From Ascoidea asiatica JCM 7603 (taxonomy: Eukaryota; Fungi; Ascomycota), in the NCBI GenBank assembly GCA_001600695.1, contig BCKQ01000012.1, positions 513,139-577,138 of the forward strand: a stretch of DNA of 64,000 bases, in the 5' to 3' direction. Both the position numbers and the translations under genes were made by a program. Position 1 is the first letter of the stretch, and every line of letters starts with the position of its first letter. Positions 52,950-64,000 of this stretch are shown in pieces. The notes under the pieces were generated by a model, which was not told where the DNA came from, made no database searches, and was given only the letters and a program-made list of their open reading frames with translations.

Positions 52950-54800
52950 TCCCAAAAATGAGAAGTTATAAGTCAAAGCCGTAATTTACTTTCTTTCCAG
53001 ACTCGTGTTCGCTTCGAATTCTTAATTTTATCTGATAGCTGACTTTTAGATGAATTTAATGATGCTGCCTCGGAAATTCTAGGATAATCTAGTTTGTGCC
53101 TTGGTCTTGGCTTTTCTATGACTTGATAGTGCGGTTCTTTTAATATACAGTTTGCGTTTTAGGTACTCGCTACTTTTCTGTCACTTTTGAGTGAGCTAGT
53201 GGTGAATGTCTCGGATGAAGGTCTGATTGATATATTCATAGGGGAATTACCGCTCAATCCGGACTCTTCTTTTTTCTTCTAGTTTTTTTTTCCCCTTTGG
53301 CCGCATTATCATTTTTGTCTTGCGTATATGCTGTTCCTCTAAACCGTATATGTTTCCACTTTGAGTTACATTTATCAGCGTAAGCGCCATGGCCAGTCGT
53401 TTAAATGTAAATCAAATTTCTTTAACAAACTGAATGACGCTTTTCAATTGACGAAACATAGATGATAAAAAACTTAATAGCATAAACATTGTTTTTTAGA
53501 CATGATTCATGAGCTTTCGTTTTCGTCGACACCCGTTTTAAGTGCTAAGGTTGTGAGGGTAAATACTCTTGGAAATACCTATTGTAAACCAGTCATAAGG
53601 TGTTCACGATTAGTATACAATGCTTAGTTAAAAACAGTTAACCACTTCCCTTCCCTGGCGATACGTTATTCAACAAATTCCAGCAACACCTAGCTGGAAG
53701 GATATCCTTCCATGGTTAACATAGAACATGGTAGATCATATAACTCATTGGTGGTACCACTATAGCATTTTTTGCTTGTACCACGACTATTTTTTTTAGC
53801 AGTCATAGTCCTTTTAAGGGTAAACCGGTAGAGAAGGAAATGGGTAAAGCGGTGGGAAGCAAAACACTGAAGTGTTATTAATAAATTATTGATTACTGGA
53901 AACCGATATGTTTCGGAGCAATTAGATCAAAATCGAATTGATCCTATAAAGTTGCCGTCTGCAGTTAGACTACTATAGGATACTCGGTAGAAATTTAATT
54001 GAAGCCTTTTGAAGAGGTACTTCAAATTTCTAATGGCCTGTAATTTATTCAGAAATTCTGCAGATAACGATAGCAAATGAAACATTATTTGAAATTGGTT
54101 ATCATTGAGGTATTTTCTTCTTGGGGGAAAACAGGGAGCGACATACGTGTAAAGAAGAATGTCATATCAGAGTCTGTGTATACATTACTACCTTGTTTAG
54201 GTGTACAGATCCAAAGCAGTTGCATAATAACAAAAAAGTAAGTGCTCTCAAAAAAACAGAAAATTATTACTCAGAAAAATATTGGAAATCATTACAAAAG
54301 ACTCACCGCAATTCAAAAGCTTTATTAACCAAAATTGAGAAACGTAAAACTTGAAATAATAAAAGCTAAACCATTGTCCTTCTAGAGAATAGCGCTATCA
54401 TTATTTTAAATTTCATACAAAGTTGACTGTTTGTTCTACTCACCTTGCTTAACCAAACGGCACGCCTGAGAAGTATTTCTCACCAACTTTAGGACTATCC
54501 TTCTCAAAAGTTTATTGAAAATCAACATCACATTTATCCGCTAAAGTAAAAGGATGTTTTACTTTGGCAATATTCAAAAGGCTGACTTTGGTACAACAAC
54601 TGAATAAGAAAGTATCGGTAGGGCCTAATTCCAACTAAGGAAGATCATTCGTTAGAGCTCTTAATAATAGTTTGATCAAAAGTCATCGCAGTATCGCTTC
54701 CAATCAGATCTCATTGTCACTGATTGAAGCTGCATGTGAGAAAAAGAACCCATCATATGCATGATACGAAAAATTTCCAAAAAGAATGGTATTAAAAAAT
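52950..54800 (-). mobile_element. Possible second CMC (Mirage/Chapaev/EnSpm-like) transposase remnant, very decayed
   Basis: Weak minus-strand motifs in a plausible order: FCNDFQYF (~54280), FDLIAPKHIGFQ (~53930-53897), TNREHLMTG (~53600), KPRPRHKLDYPRI and frameshifted FEA(K)H (~53110-53005). Confidence 0.3.
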
Positions 54801-54981
54801 CTCAAGATAGTTAGTGTGGGTAAAAAGAACTAATAAATAGCGTCTTCAATATTCACATTCATTGAATAATGTATTCGGAAAGCACCAGTTCCATAAAAAT
54901 TGTTGAAAAAGTTTTATTAGCCGACGTAGTAGGAACATTTCTTTGATAGATACACATATCTAACATATGCTTAGAACAAAA

Positions 54982-55166
54982 TGTTGAAAGTTTTACATTG
55001 GAAAACGGGAGCCCCATAAATTAGGCTGTAAATAGCTACATAGATACCTAACTTCTCGTAGGAAAGAAAAATTTTCAGCGAACTTCAATAGTTCTCAGAA
55101 CGATTTTGTTTAAGGATCATTAATAAATTCAAGTAGATTATCATTTCACCAGTTTAGCTTCGAATA
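54982..55166 (+). repeat. 5' LTR of copia element (185 bp)
   Basis: TGTTGAAA...CTTCGAATA; about 20 substitutions plus small indels versus the 3' LTR by manual count. Confidence 0.92.
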
Positions 55167-55178
55167 GGTTATTAGACC
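55167..55178 (+). promoter_or_regulatory. Primer-binding site, half-tRNAiMet (Ty5/hemivirus) type
   Basis: ggttattagacc abuts the LTR end and resembles the GGTTATGAGCCC/GGTTATGGGCCC PBS of Ty5 and Drosophila copia. Confidence 0.6.
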
Positions 55179-55283
55179 AAGCAAGTGCTAGTTAATACAT
55201 TTAGAAAGAAATCTCTCCATCATTATCTTCTTAAACCAACAATCAAATAAACATATAATCCAATCAACCTAGCATAATCTCTC

Positions 55284-56048
55284 ATGTCTGCTCTACTAAA
55301 TGAGCATCCCATGAGAGCGCTAGAGAGGGCTCAGGCATCGTTTGATAAAATGATTACAAAACTTGGCCCTCTTCCCGCCAACTACTCAAATTCTATCCGA
55401 TGGATTCCAAACCTCAAACGATACATCAAAAGCAGCCCATATTTTTACTATTTATTTACCAACGGCTTAGATGAAGCTATCGAAAAAGGCACACATGTTT
55501 TTACAAATGTAAGAAAAAACCTATATAAAGAGTACTGGTGCTTAGTTAATGACTATAATGATGAGGCGCTTACTGACGCTGTAATTGAAGCTTTTCCGCC
55601 GAATATGCTAGACAACTATAAAGATGTTAAGTCTACAGTTGGTGTTATAGAAGCACAATATAAATTCTTTAAAAGTCAGCAAATGAAATCCCTAGCATTA
55701 GCCTTGAATCTTTCAGCATTAACGGTCGCTGATAACATTTTTTTCACCGAATATCTGTTTAAAATTTCTGCGTACATTAATGAGGTGAATAGTTTGTACG
55801 GTGCTCTTACAGAATGCTACTCAACATTACCATTACGTAGGCCAATTATTACTCTTTATTCTGAAACTAACCCTCTTCAAAGAATAGTGGAATATCTATC
55901 TGCATCGAAACTTAAATCATATTTTGATAAGGATATAATCAAATTTTTTATAGAGAACAAATTAACGTCGGACGATCACAGATATTTAACACAGCTTAGG
56001 AAGCAGTCTAGACATTCGCATGTCAATGAAAATGTTGGCTTTTTGTGA
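55284..56048 (+). CDS. gag: Copia Gag (N-terminal/capsid part; frame ends before the zinc knuckle)
   Basis: 254-aa ATG-initiated ORF between the PBS and the knuckle/protease motifs of the copia element. Confidence 0.75.
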   Translation: MSALLNEHPMRALERAQASFDKMITKLGPLPANYSNSIRWIPNLKRYIKSSPYFYYLFTNGLDEAIEKGTHVFTNVRKNLYKEYWCLVNDYNDEALTDAVIEAFPPNMLDNYKDVKSTVGVIEAQYKFFKSQQMKSLALALNLSALTVADNIFFTEYLFKISAYINEVNSLYGALTECYSTLPLRRPIITLYSETNPLQRIVEYLSASKLKSYFDKDIIKFFIENKLTSDDHRYLTQLRKQSRHSHVNENVGFL

Positions 56049-59000
56049 TCCCCAGATGGAGCTGAAACAACTACTGACATTGAAAAGCCAACTACTATTG
56101 GAAATATAATTTCGATAAGGTCTTTATTCGGAATAACGTTTGTTGGAAATGTGGAGTGAAACGCCACAACAAATGCTAGCAAAGATTGTTAGATATTTAC
56201 AAGGAAGCATCCGTGATGAAACCCAAAAGAGGTAGAAAAAAGTTTTCAACTGAAAATGATTAAGAACTTGAAGAAGTTGAAGAGTTGGATACCAAATAAA
56301 AATTAAGAATTTCCTATTGTTTTACTTCAGCCATAGAACAGGCGCCTGACAAAAAACAGCATGAAATGTCTCCCACCATATGGGACACTGAGGCGACAAC
56401 CAGTGTTATAAACGCTCTCCACAATCCCAATAAAACAAACGTCACTGTCAAAACCGTGAATGCCCAGTTACCCCAACCATGAAAGGGAGACTTTACATTA
56501 CAATAAATAATAAAACGTTACCTGTCGCTGCACTATTTTTCAGGAAAATACCTACCAATGTTTTCTCGATCAAACCTCTTGTCATCAAAGGTTGAAGTTT
56601 TAAAGCTACACAAAATTCCTGCTACTGGATAAACAATGAGTCTGAAATCTTGAGAGGATCTAAAGATCCAACGAATTGATTATACTATGTTAGTCAACTT
56701 TCAATTCAAGACATTTCACCAAAATGTAGAAATATGTCAATCAAAACCTACACAGATAATGAAAATAAAGTCTCCAATTTTCTAGCCCAAGACGACAATA
56801 ATATTATACAAAATATCAATGACGCGAAAAAGAGGAGCATGCCCAACAAATCGATAATCGAGTGGCATGAAATTCTAGGGCACCCATCAGTTCGTAACCT
56901 CAAATCCTTCTTGAAAATCATGAATATCCACCAAAAAGAAACACTAGAGAAACAAAAGATTTCATGGAATATAAACAATGCAAGATGGTGAAAATGGTTT
57001 CTAAACCGCATAACAGATGATTTCCCAAACCTTCTTGCCTAGCTTGGAGAATTCATAGTGTTGTTATACGTCCAGCCACAATACACCATAACACAAAAAA
57101 TTATATTATAACCGTCAGTAACTAATCTAGCAGGTTCGCATTTATCATTATTTGTGAAGAGAAACGAAATATTGTATCTCATATTAAACAATGTATTAAT
57201 CATATTCGCGGGGTGGCCAATCATACTGTGGTTTTCTCCGTACAGATCATGGATCAGAATACTCTTTGGATGATTTATCAGATTTCGTGGAAAGAAAAGG
57301 CATTATAAACTCTACATCTTCCGAATATCAACCTGAACAAAATGGTATAACCGAGAAATATAACAGATCCTTAATGTCCATTACTAAAAGTCTTCTACTT
57401 GCATCAAACACTCTTGAATCGTCAATATTATTCCAGTTTGCAGTATAGCATGCTGCGTATCTCAAGAATATAACTCCGCATCGAACAATACAAGACAAGC
57501 TCTATTTCTTCAAATTTTATGGGTACCATCCCAAAATCAAACAACTCCCAAAATATGGACAAGATTGTATAATTAGACTACCTCAAAAGGAAATCAAAAA
57601 GAAAACCTTAATAAACTACAGCTCACTAAACAAATTGCAACCATTGTAGGTGTTGACTCTAGCAACTAGATTGCAATAACCGAGGCAGTGTCGACAGGAG
57701 CTCAGGTCCACACTATAAATACAGTTGATTTTACCATTTTGCCCCTGTTTGACAACATTAAAGAAATTGAAAAAGAATTATTAAAATTCTTACATGTTAA
57801 TAAGTAGGAAATAGTACAAATTTTCAAGCCCACCTTTCAATATACCCCAATCAAGAATCAGTAATGTCACCAGAATTAATCTCAAGAAATCTTCGTGTTA
57901 AAACTGAAGAGTCTAAGGATCATATAGTGAACCGAATTAATTCAAAAGACGGTCCAGATCATTTGGAAATCCTAGATGAAGACGAAAAAATATGGGAATC
58001 CAATAAACATCATAATGAAAGCCCAGTTATAACTCAAACAACAAAACCCTTATTAAAATCAAATTCAACCGAGAAAATATCTGGCGATGTCCACAATTCT
58101 AGTAAGAATGGCATTTCTCTATTAACTGGAACCATCTGAACTAACTCCCCAAACACAGGTTCCAGTTTCAAACTTAACACGTCTGGTACCGAACGTTCTC
58201 CCAAAAACAACATCAGAGTGCAGAATAATCAAACAAAACTTCGGACCGGTCGTGAAAGCAATGAAAACAGTAAGAAAATATTTCAATCCTCGGTAAGTGA
58301 GATAATCCACAATTTTCATAACAGTTCTTCACATTATGGTCGCACTGGAAAGTTGAATCCAACATTCGACATTATTCATCATCGATTCAACGAAAGAGAG
58401 TACCGACGATATTCAGGAATCATACCTCTCCGTTAACACTGTTTCAACCAGAAAACAACGTTTGCTAAAATCTAAATTAAAGTTACCACTACTTCTTAAA
58501 GGACAAAATGGAACAAGTTGGAAGGAAGTTGTGGAGAATGAGCTTCAGCAGTTCCAAACCCTACAACAAGAGGTACACATACCTGAGGATACAAAAATTT
58601 TGCCCATGAAAAGGGTATTAAGCGAAAAATGGAACGATAATATCCAGAAAATAATACCAAAAGCAAGATTGGTTATGTTGAGAAACCTAAGTGAGGAAGG
58701 AACACACTTTCCGTACCTACAAACCTCATCACCTGTACCTACATTAACTTCGGTAAGAATAGTTTTACCTTTAGCTGTAAAGTTAGATCTCCATATAGAA
58801 CATTATGATGTGAAACCGGCATATCTTAATAAGGCATTAGACGGAGAGAAAATCTATTGCGTTCCACCTCCAGATTTTTCTGTTCCAAAGGGAAATGATG
58901 GAAGTTCTTAACGGCCGTATATCGAGAAAAGAACACAGACAAATTGTGGTTTGAAACCATGGAAAATTGGCTTTTAGCAGAAGCGTTTCAGAAAACAAGT

Positions 59001-60070
59001 TTGATCAGGCCATTCTCTCAAAATCGCATACGCTTGTTATACAATAATCGTTCTTTATGTAGATTAGCTGCTAGTAATATCAAATGTGGTTTTACAGATC
59101 GATGCTTTTGAATCTGAAATAAAAATGCTTTCAAATCGAAATTAAAGTCCCTCGGAAAACCTGACAACTTTTTAGGAATACAATTTAGTATCCTGTTTGA
59201 AGGTCGATTAAAATTAAACTCTCCCAATTTATTATAAATGCATTAGAAAAAGCCAAAATTTCAAACAAGTTTCCAAAAGCGACACCATTTATAAACTATT
59301 TCTACCCAGCTGAAACTATAGAGTTACTTGATGACACAAAAAAGAAAGAATCTCAGTCATAAGTGGGCTCGCTCATATGGCTTAGTAAGCACTCGTCCTG
59401 ATATTAGTTGGTCTACAATAAATGTGCCCTGTTCAATGGCATCTCCCACATATCAAGATTTAGCTAGAGTTTACAACATTATTCGATATTTGTGTGGCAC
59501 AGGGGAGCTAAAATTGCGTTTTAATAAACAAGGCTCTTTACAAGGACTTGAGGAGGAAACAGATGCTTCATACGCAAATATGAAAGGTTGTCGAAGTTGC
59601 TCAGGTGTTATAATAAATTTTGAAGGTAGCATAATGTTTTGGTGCTCCAAGATCAAAGGTGTGTCCCTTTATCTATGTTTGAGGCTGAATATATGGCGTT
59701 ACGATCTGAGTTTCAACAGGCAGTTTTTTAGAAAAATATACGTTTGATTTACTTCAAAATGTTGTTGTTAAAGGGGAAGCAAACCTACTGGGTCTAGTAC
59801 GGAAAATGGAAGGTCCACTACAAGCTGCGGTTGACAATCTGCCAGTAATTTCCAGTTTAACCTCCAGTTATGATGGAATAATTTCTCGTCGCGTTGATGT
59901 TCAGCTCCATTTCTTTCATGATCTACTTAAAACCAAGGAGCTAAAACTAAGTCTTGTTAAGAGTCATGAGAATAAGGCCGATATTTTGACCAAATCAATG
60001 ACGAAATTTTTTTCAACGAAGGAAAAGAACAACTCCCCACATAATCCAGGTTTTTCCAATGGGCGCGGAA

Positions 60071-60260
60071 TGTTGAAAACATTACATTGTAAAACGGGAG
60101 CCCCAGAAATTGGGCTGTAAATAACTACATAGATACCTAACTTTTCGTAGAAAAGAAAATTTATCAACGAACTTCAATAGTTTTCGAAAAGATTTTCTTT
60201 AAGGATCACTCATAATTTCAAGTAGATTATCACTGATCCTTTACCAGTTTAGCTTCAATA
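60071..60260 (+). repeat. 3' LTR of copia element (190 bp)
   Basis: TGTTGAAA...CTTCAATA, preceded by a decayed PPT (gggcgcggaa). Confidence 0.92.
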
Positions 60261-63200
60261 CAATACTATTAGTCATTATATGTAGGCTGTCAAAGGATAG
60301 AATAGCCTCTGTTCCAGCCAAACCTTGGTCGCCGTCTGACATAACACATGCATTAGCTTGATTTCAGTTATAATTTATTCACTGCGCCCAATTAATAAAT
60401 TATGTGGGTTGGACTCAACAAATGCTGCTTACATTGCCGTTTTGACATTCCATCAAACTAACATCTCGCAGCATTTTGAGATTGGTTTACTTTCTACTGC
60501 TATAGGGTGAATACTATTCAAACTGACTTTTATCTGCCAACCCAAGATAAGTATTTCTCCATACTTGTTTTTTTTTCTTCTTCGATTTTAATGAAGATTA
60601 CACAATAAGTTCATTATTTACGCTAAAACCAGGACCAATCACTAATAATCCCCTCTTACTATCAGAACAGCCAACCACAGATAATCTCTTAAAGGAAATT
60701 ATTGAGATAGACCCCAGATGCTGATCCAAACCAAAATTATGAAAAGACCCGAAACAAAGCGTGATTTAATTCCACAAATACTCAATTTGTAAGCCTCCGT
60801 TATTAACTAGTTTGGTGAACTTAAATCATTAACTTATATTGGCAACAGACACAGGAATTATTATAGCTTGAACATCATGCTAAATTTAATTTGGTTAACT
60901 TTAGAAAGGAATTTCCGCTAGTAACCGACAAATCGAAACAGTTCCTAAAAGCTCATCAAATGTATTTTCCCATTCTTATAGTAACTACCTAAATCAAAAA
61001 TTCAAACGTATGCAATTCAAAGTTGAGAAAATTACTTTTATATATCAACAATACATAATGAATATAGTTTTTATCTAATTGGCTATGGTATCATTCATAA
61101 AAAAAAATGGCACTTCAATTGAATATTACAATTCGTCTAATTTTATTTTTACTTAATTTTTATTTTTCTTCTATGTACTTCTAAATATATTTTTTGTTTT
61201 CTTGCTTATCTTTCTAAAAGGATCCGGATTTAATTAGTTGACTTGAAACATGAAAATCAAATAAATGTAACTACTTTTATTACTTTGTTTTTATTTTCGT
61301 AATTACTTTCCAGTAATATCGATTAGCTACTTTTGCAATACTAATTTTAAATATTTCTAGAAAATTTTAATTTTGTAACCAAACGTAACTAAATAAAACT
61401 CATACAATTTCGTATAGTACCCCTTCTGATATTAAAACTATATGTACTTCTCAAAATCATTGAACTCCTGGAACTTCACCAACGCCGGCTTCCGAGCTCC
61501 TAAGACTATCTTGAACTCTCCTGAGATGTTCTTAGGTGAGGGTAACATGCACAAGCCGTTTTGGAATCTTGACTTAACTACCAATTTCAGGAGCCTCTTG
61601 ACTTTTCTGATTATTGACCACGAACGACCGCAGGCACCCTTCACGTTTGAGTGGGAAACCCTACCTGTTTGAGGGTCGCTTTACACTTAATCAACCATCA
61701 TCTCTAGGTTGCAGTCTCAGAATCAAATCGCTTTTTGCCTAAATTGTTTTTAAAGAGCCGATAACTCGACGGGGAACGCCGTTTATCGGCTCTACGCTCT
61801 TGTCACCCGAATTCTTTTTGTTATCACCGGTTGATCTGGAAGTGGGTCTGGATAATCACGATTTTGCACCACCCTTTCAATCATTTCCTTTTTTGTGCAG
61901 TAGAACCATAGCAACGAACAGTGTTTAAAAGTTAGGTTTGGTCCTAACCTAAATTTTTTTACTTTAGGACTTTTCTTCAAGTATTGAGAAGAGCCTACTT
62001 GATTTCTAGAAGCACAATACACATGAAAATTCCCATGACTAAAATTTCTAATTTTCGAAAGTTTAACATCAAGTGACTACGAGTGATTTTCATTTGCTAA
62101 CTTTTCCTAACTTTTTGAAAATTCTGCTTTAAATGTTAACTTTTTCAGGTTAGGTAAGGAACATTTAAACCACTAGAATCAACTCTCTTTTATATGGGTG
62201 GACATATTACAAGCTTAACTTTAATCAATAATTATTTATGTTTAAATAATATTCATTTAACATTCCTTTTTCTGTCAATTCGATCGGATTATCATTTAAA
62301 TGTTATCGCAAACTTTAATATATACCCGAAAATATCACCATTTATTTTTATTATCCATCCGTGTTCGTTTCTCAAATACAAAACAACATTCTTTATGAAA
62401 AATCCCTTCAAAAATTATTTCTCAAGTTAATTTTTCAGCTCCCAAGTATAAGCTGAAACATAAAGGGATATGAGCTAAACTTGATCAACATTCAAACGTG
62501 AGTAATAATATTAAAGATAATATTGACAAAATTAAAATTATTGTTGACCAAGGAGTAACTAATCAACTTTATGATACAATTAAAAGTAAGAATAAAGAAA
62601 AACTTGGAGATTTAACAAGATCTCAAAAAAGTATGTTTACCTCCATAGCGGCGGTATAGTTCACTATAAACCAACTAAATCGGTGGTGGGAAACATTTTA
62701 TCAATCTAAGGGACTATTAAAGGAAATATTTTACAATTTTTGATCTCGAGTCTGAAGGTAAAATCGTAAGTCTTTCTATACTTTGCAGACTCGTTCTCAG
62801 TAAGTATTTCAGTTTTTCTCAACCAATGTTTAGTAGAATCTTAGAAAAGGTCCATGAATGTATCGAACTTCCTTATGATTCTTCTATATCTACTGGAAAA
62901 GTTGAATTTACTAGTACCTCCTAGTTTAATTTTTCTTGCTTTTACATATATATTTATTATTCTATACGGTTATCGTGTTAATATTTTGGTATAAGAACCT
63001 TTAATGTACTCCATCATTTCTTTTTTATTTATGATTTTTTGATCAGGATGATTCCAATTTCTTAATTTGTGAACTCCTTACAATTAAGAAATATATTTGC
63101 TATTTGTATTATAATATTGTTTTTAAGAAACTGTCTTAATTTTAAGCAGTACCCGTATACGCCGTAACATAAATAGACATCTATTATTTTCAACAGAAAG

Positions 63201-63786
63201 TTCTTTTTAAATACGGTGTTCCCTGACCGGAGCAACCAAACACACTTAATCAAGGTTAGCTCACTATCCGTCAATTCCACGGGGGTGATAAATAACACAA
63301 GGATTTAGGTGAAGGTCTCCAAAGCTCCAAACAAAACTAATTCCACATAGAATCTTTCTAGCACTAAAATAATAAATTATTGATCTATTTCATTAATTAC
63401 TTGCTTCCGTTTAGCTTTGCTTTCTACTTCAATTACTTCTGTTTTACTTAGGACGGTTAACACACAATTACCTGTTTTCTGTTTTTCTCTTTCCTTTACT
63501 GTTACCTAATCCTAATACTTATCAGGTGCCAGGGCTCAACTATGACCGTTCTAATTATTTGCATTGTTTGGTTTTTCTCAGATCACATTTTTGCGTGGTC
63601 ACCTGGTTGGAACGGGGGATGCAAATGCTTTTTGTTTTTCGTTCAATGAAAAATTTTCACTTCAATGAAAACTTTTCACTTGTCTGAAAACTTTGCAGTT
63701 TCTCAATTACTTTTGTAATTGTTGGCTCAATTGCAATCTGCTGTAATGAATTATGTTATCAAATCATAATTTACTATGTTGTTACT

Positions 63787-63875
63787 TTATCTGACCTTAT
63801 CACACCTTATCTCACTTTATCTCACCTTATGTCACCTTATCTTGCTTTATCTTACCTTATCTTACCTTATCTAAC
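63787..63875. repeat. 10-bp minisatellite (CTTATCTYAC)n, ~8 degenerate copies
   Basis: ttatctgacc ttatcacacc ttatctcact ttatctcacc ttatgtcacc ttatcttgct ttatcttacc ttatcttacc. Confidence 0.85.
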
Positions 63876-63961
63876 ATTAAGTTGCTTAATCTTACTTATC
63901 CATCATCTTTATGCTTTAAAAGCTTTTTCTGTTCATTTTATCAAAAGTTGCTGTTTAGGTT

Positions 63962-64000
63962 TTTCTAGAACTTTCTAGAACATTCTAGAACATTTTGGAA
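63962..64000. promoter_or_regulatory. Heat-shock-element-like array (alternating nTTCn/nGAAn), at window end
   Basis: TTC-ta-GAA-ct-TTC-ta-GAA-ca-TTC-ta-GAA-ca-ttt-tg-GAA: six perfect alternating pentamers plus a degenerate pair. Confidence 0.5.

Larger units (their letters stand above)
54982..60260 (+). mobile_element. Full-length decayed Ty1/copia retrotransposon (5.28 kb) with both LTRs
   Basis: LTRs at 54982-55166 and 60071-60260, flanked by caaaa/caata (4/5 TSD). PBS ggttattagacc directly follows the 5' LTR. Gag, knuckle CWKCGVKRH (56141), protease IWDTEAT (~56378), integrase WHEILGHP and PEQNGITEKYNR, RT KARLV and HYDVKPAYL, RNaseH TDASYA and ENKADILTK. Confidence 0.95.

Noticed and set aside
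54982-60260. RIP-like hypermutation as the cause of TE decay
   Set aside because: Differences between the paired LTRs include many transversions and indels, and CpA/TpG sites persist; this is not a C-to-T-only spectrum.
63062-63298. LCYGVYGYCLKLRQF as a decayed zinc knuckle of a LINE ORF1
   Set aside because: Three of the four metal ligands would have to be mutated, and no supporting domains are present.
63787-63875. 10-bp repeat as a telomeric array
   Set aside because: Short, degenerate and followed by other sequence.
1-64000. Most 60-110-aa ORFs in the supplied track as genes
   Set aside because: They are antisense or alternative frames of TE remnants, or chance ORFs, many with non-ATG starts.

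Overview
AT-rich eukaryotic DNA, most likely a budding yeast (Saccharomycotina). This is inferred from a Candida-type NDT80 DNA-binding-domain remnant and an integrase C-terminus resembling S. cerevisiae Ty3. I found no intact host gene, tRNA or rRNA in 64 kb; the window is a graveyard of decayed and nested transposons. Well supported: a full-length Ty1/copia element with both LTRs, PBS and near-TSD (54982-60260); a full-length Ty3/gypsy element with both LTRs (~43849-51915); a TA-flanked Tc1 DD34E element with TIRs (40522-41881); a second copia pol with a solo LTR inserted in its RT; a Ty3-clade RNaseH/integrase fragment; MULE and hAT transposase pseudogenes; three families of paired LTR-like repeats, one forming a ~1-kb inverted pair around a 2.7-kb core; and an NDT80-family pseudogene. 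Tentative: two CACTA/CMC-like transposase remnants and a Crypton-like remnant. Two decayed orphan genes, one preceded by a 61-bp palindromic array, remain unexplained. All motif calls come from manual translation and remembered family consensus; no database searches were run.
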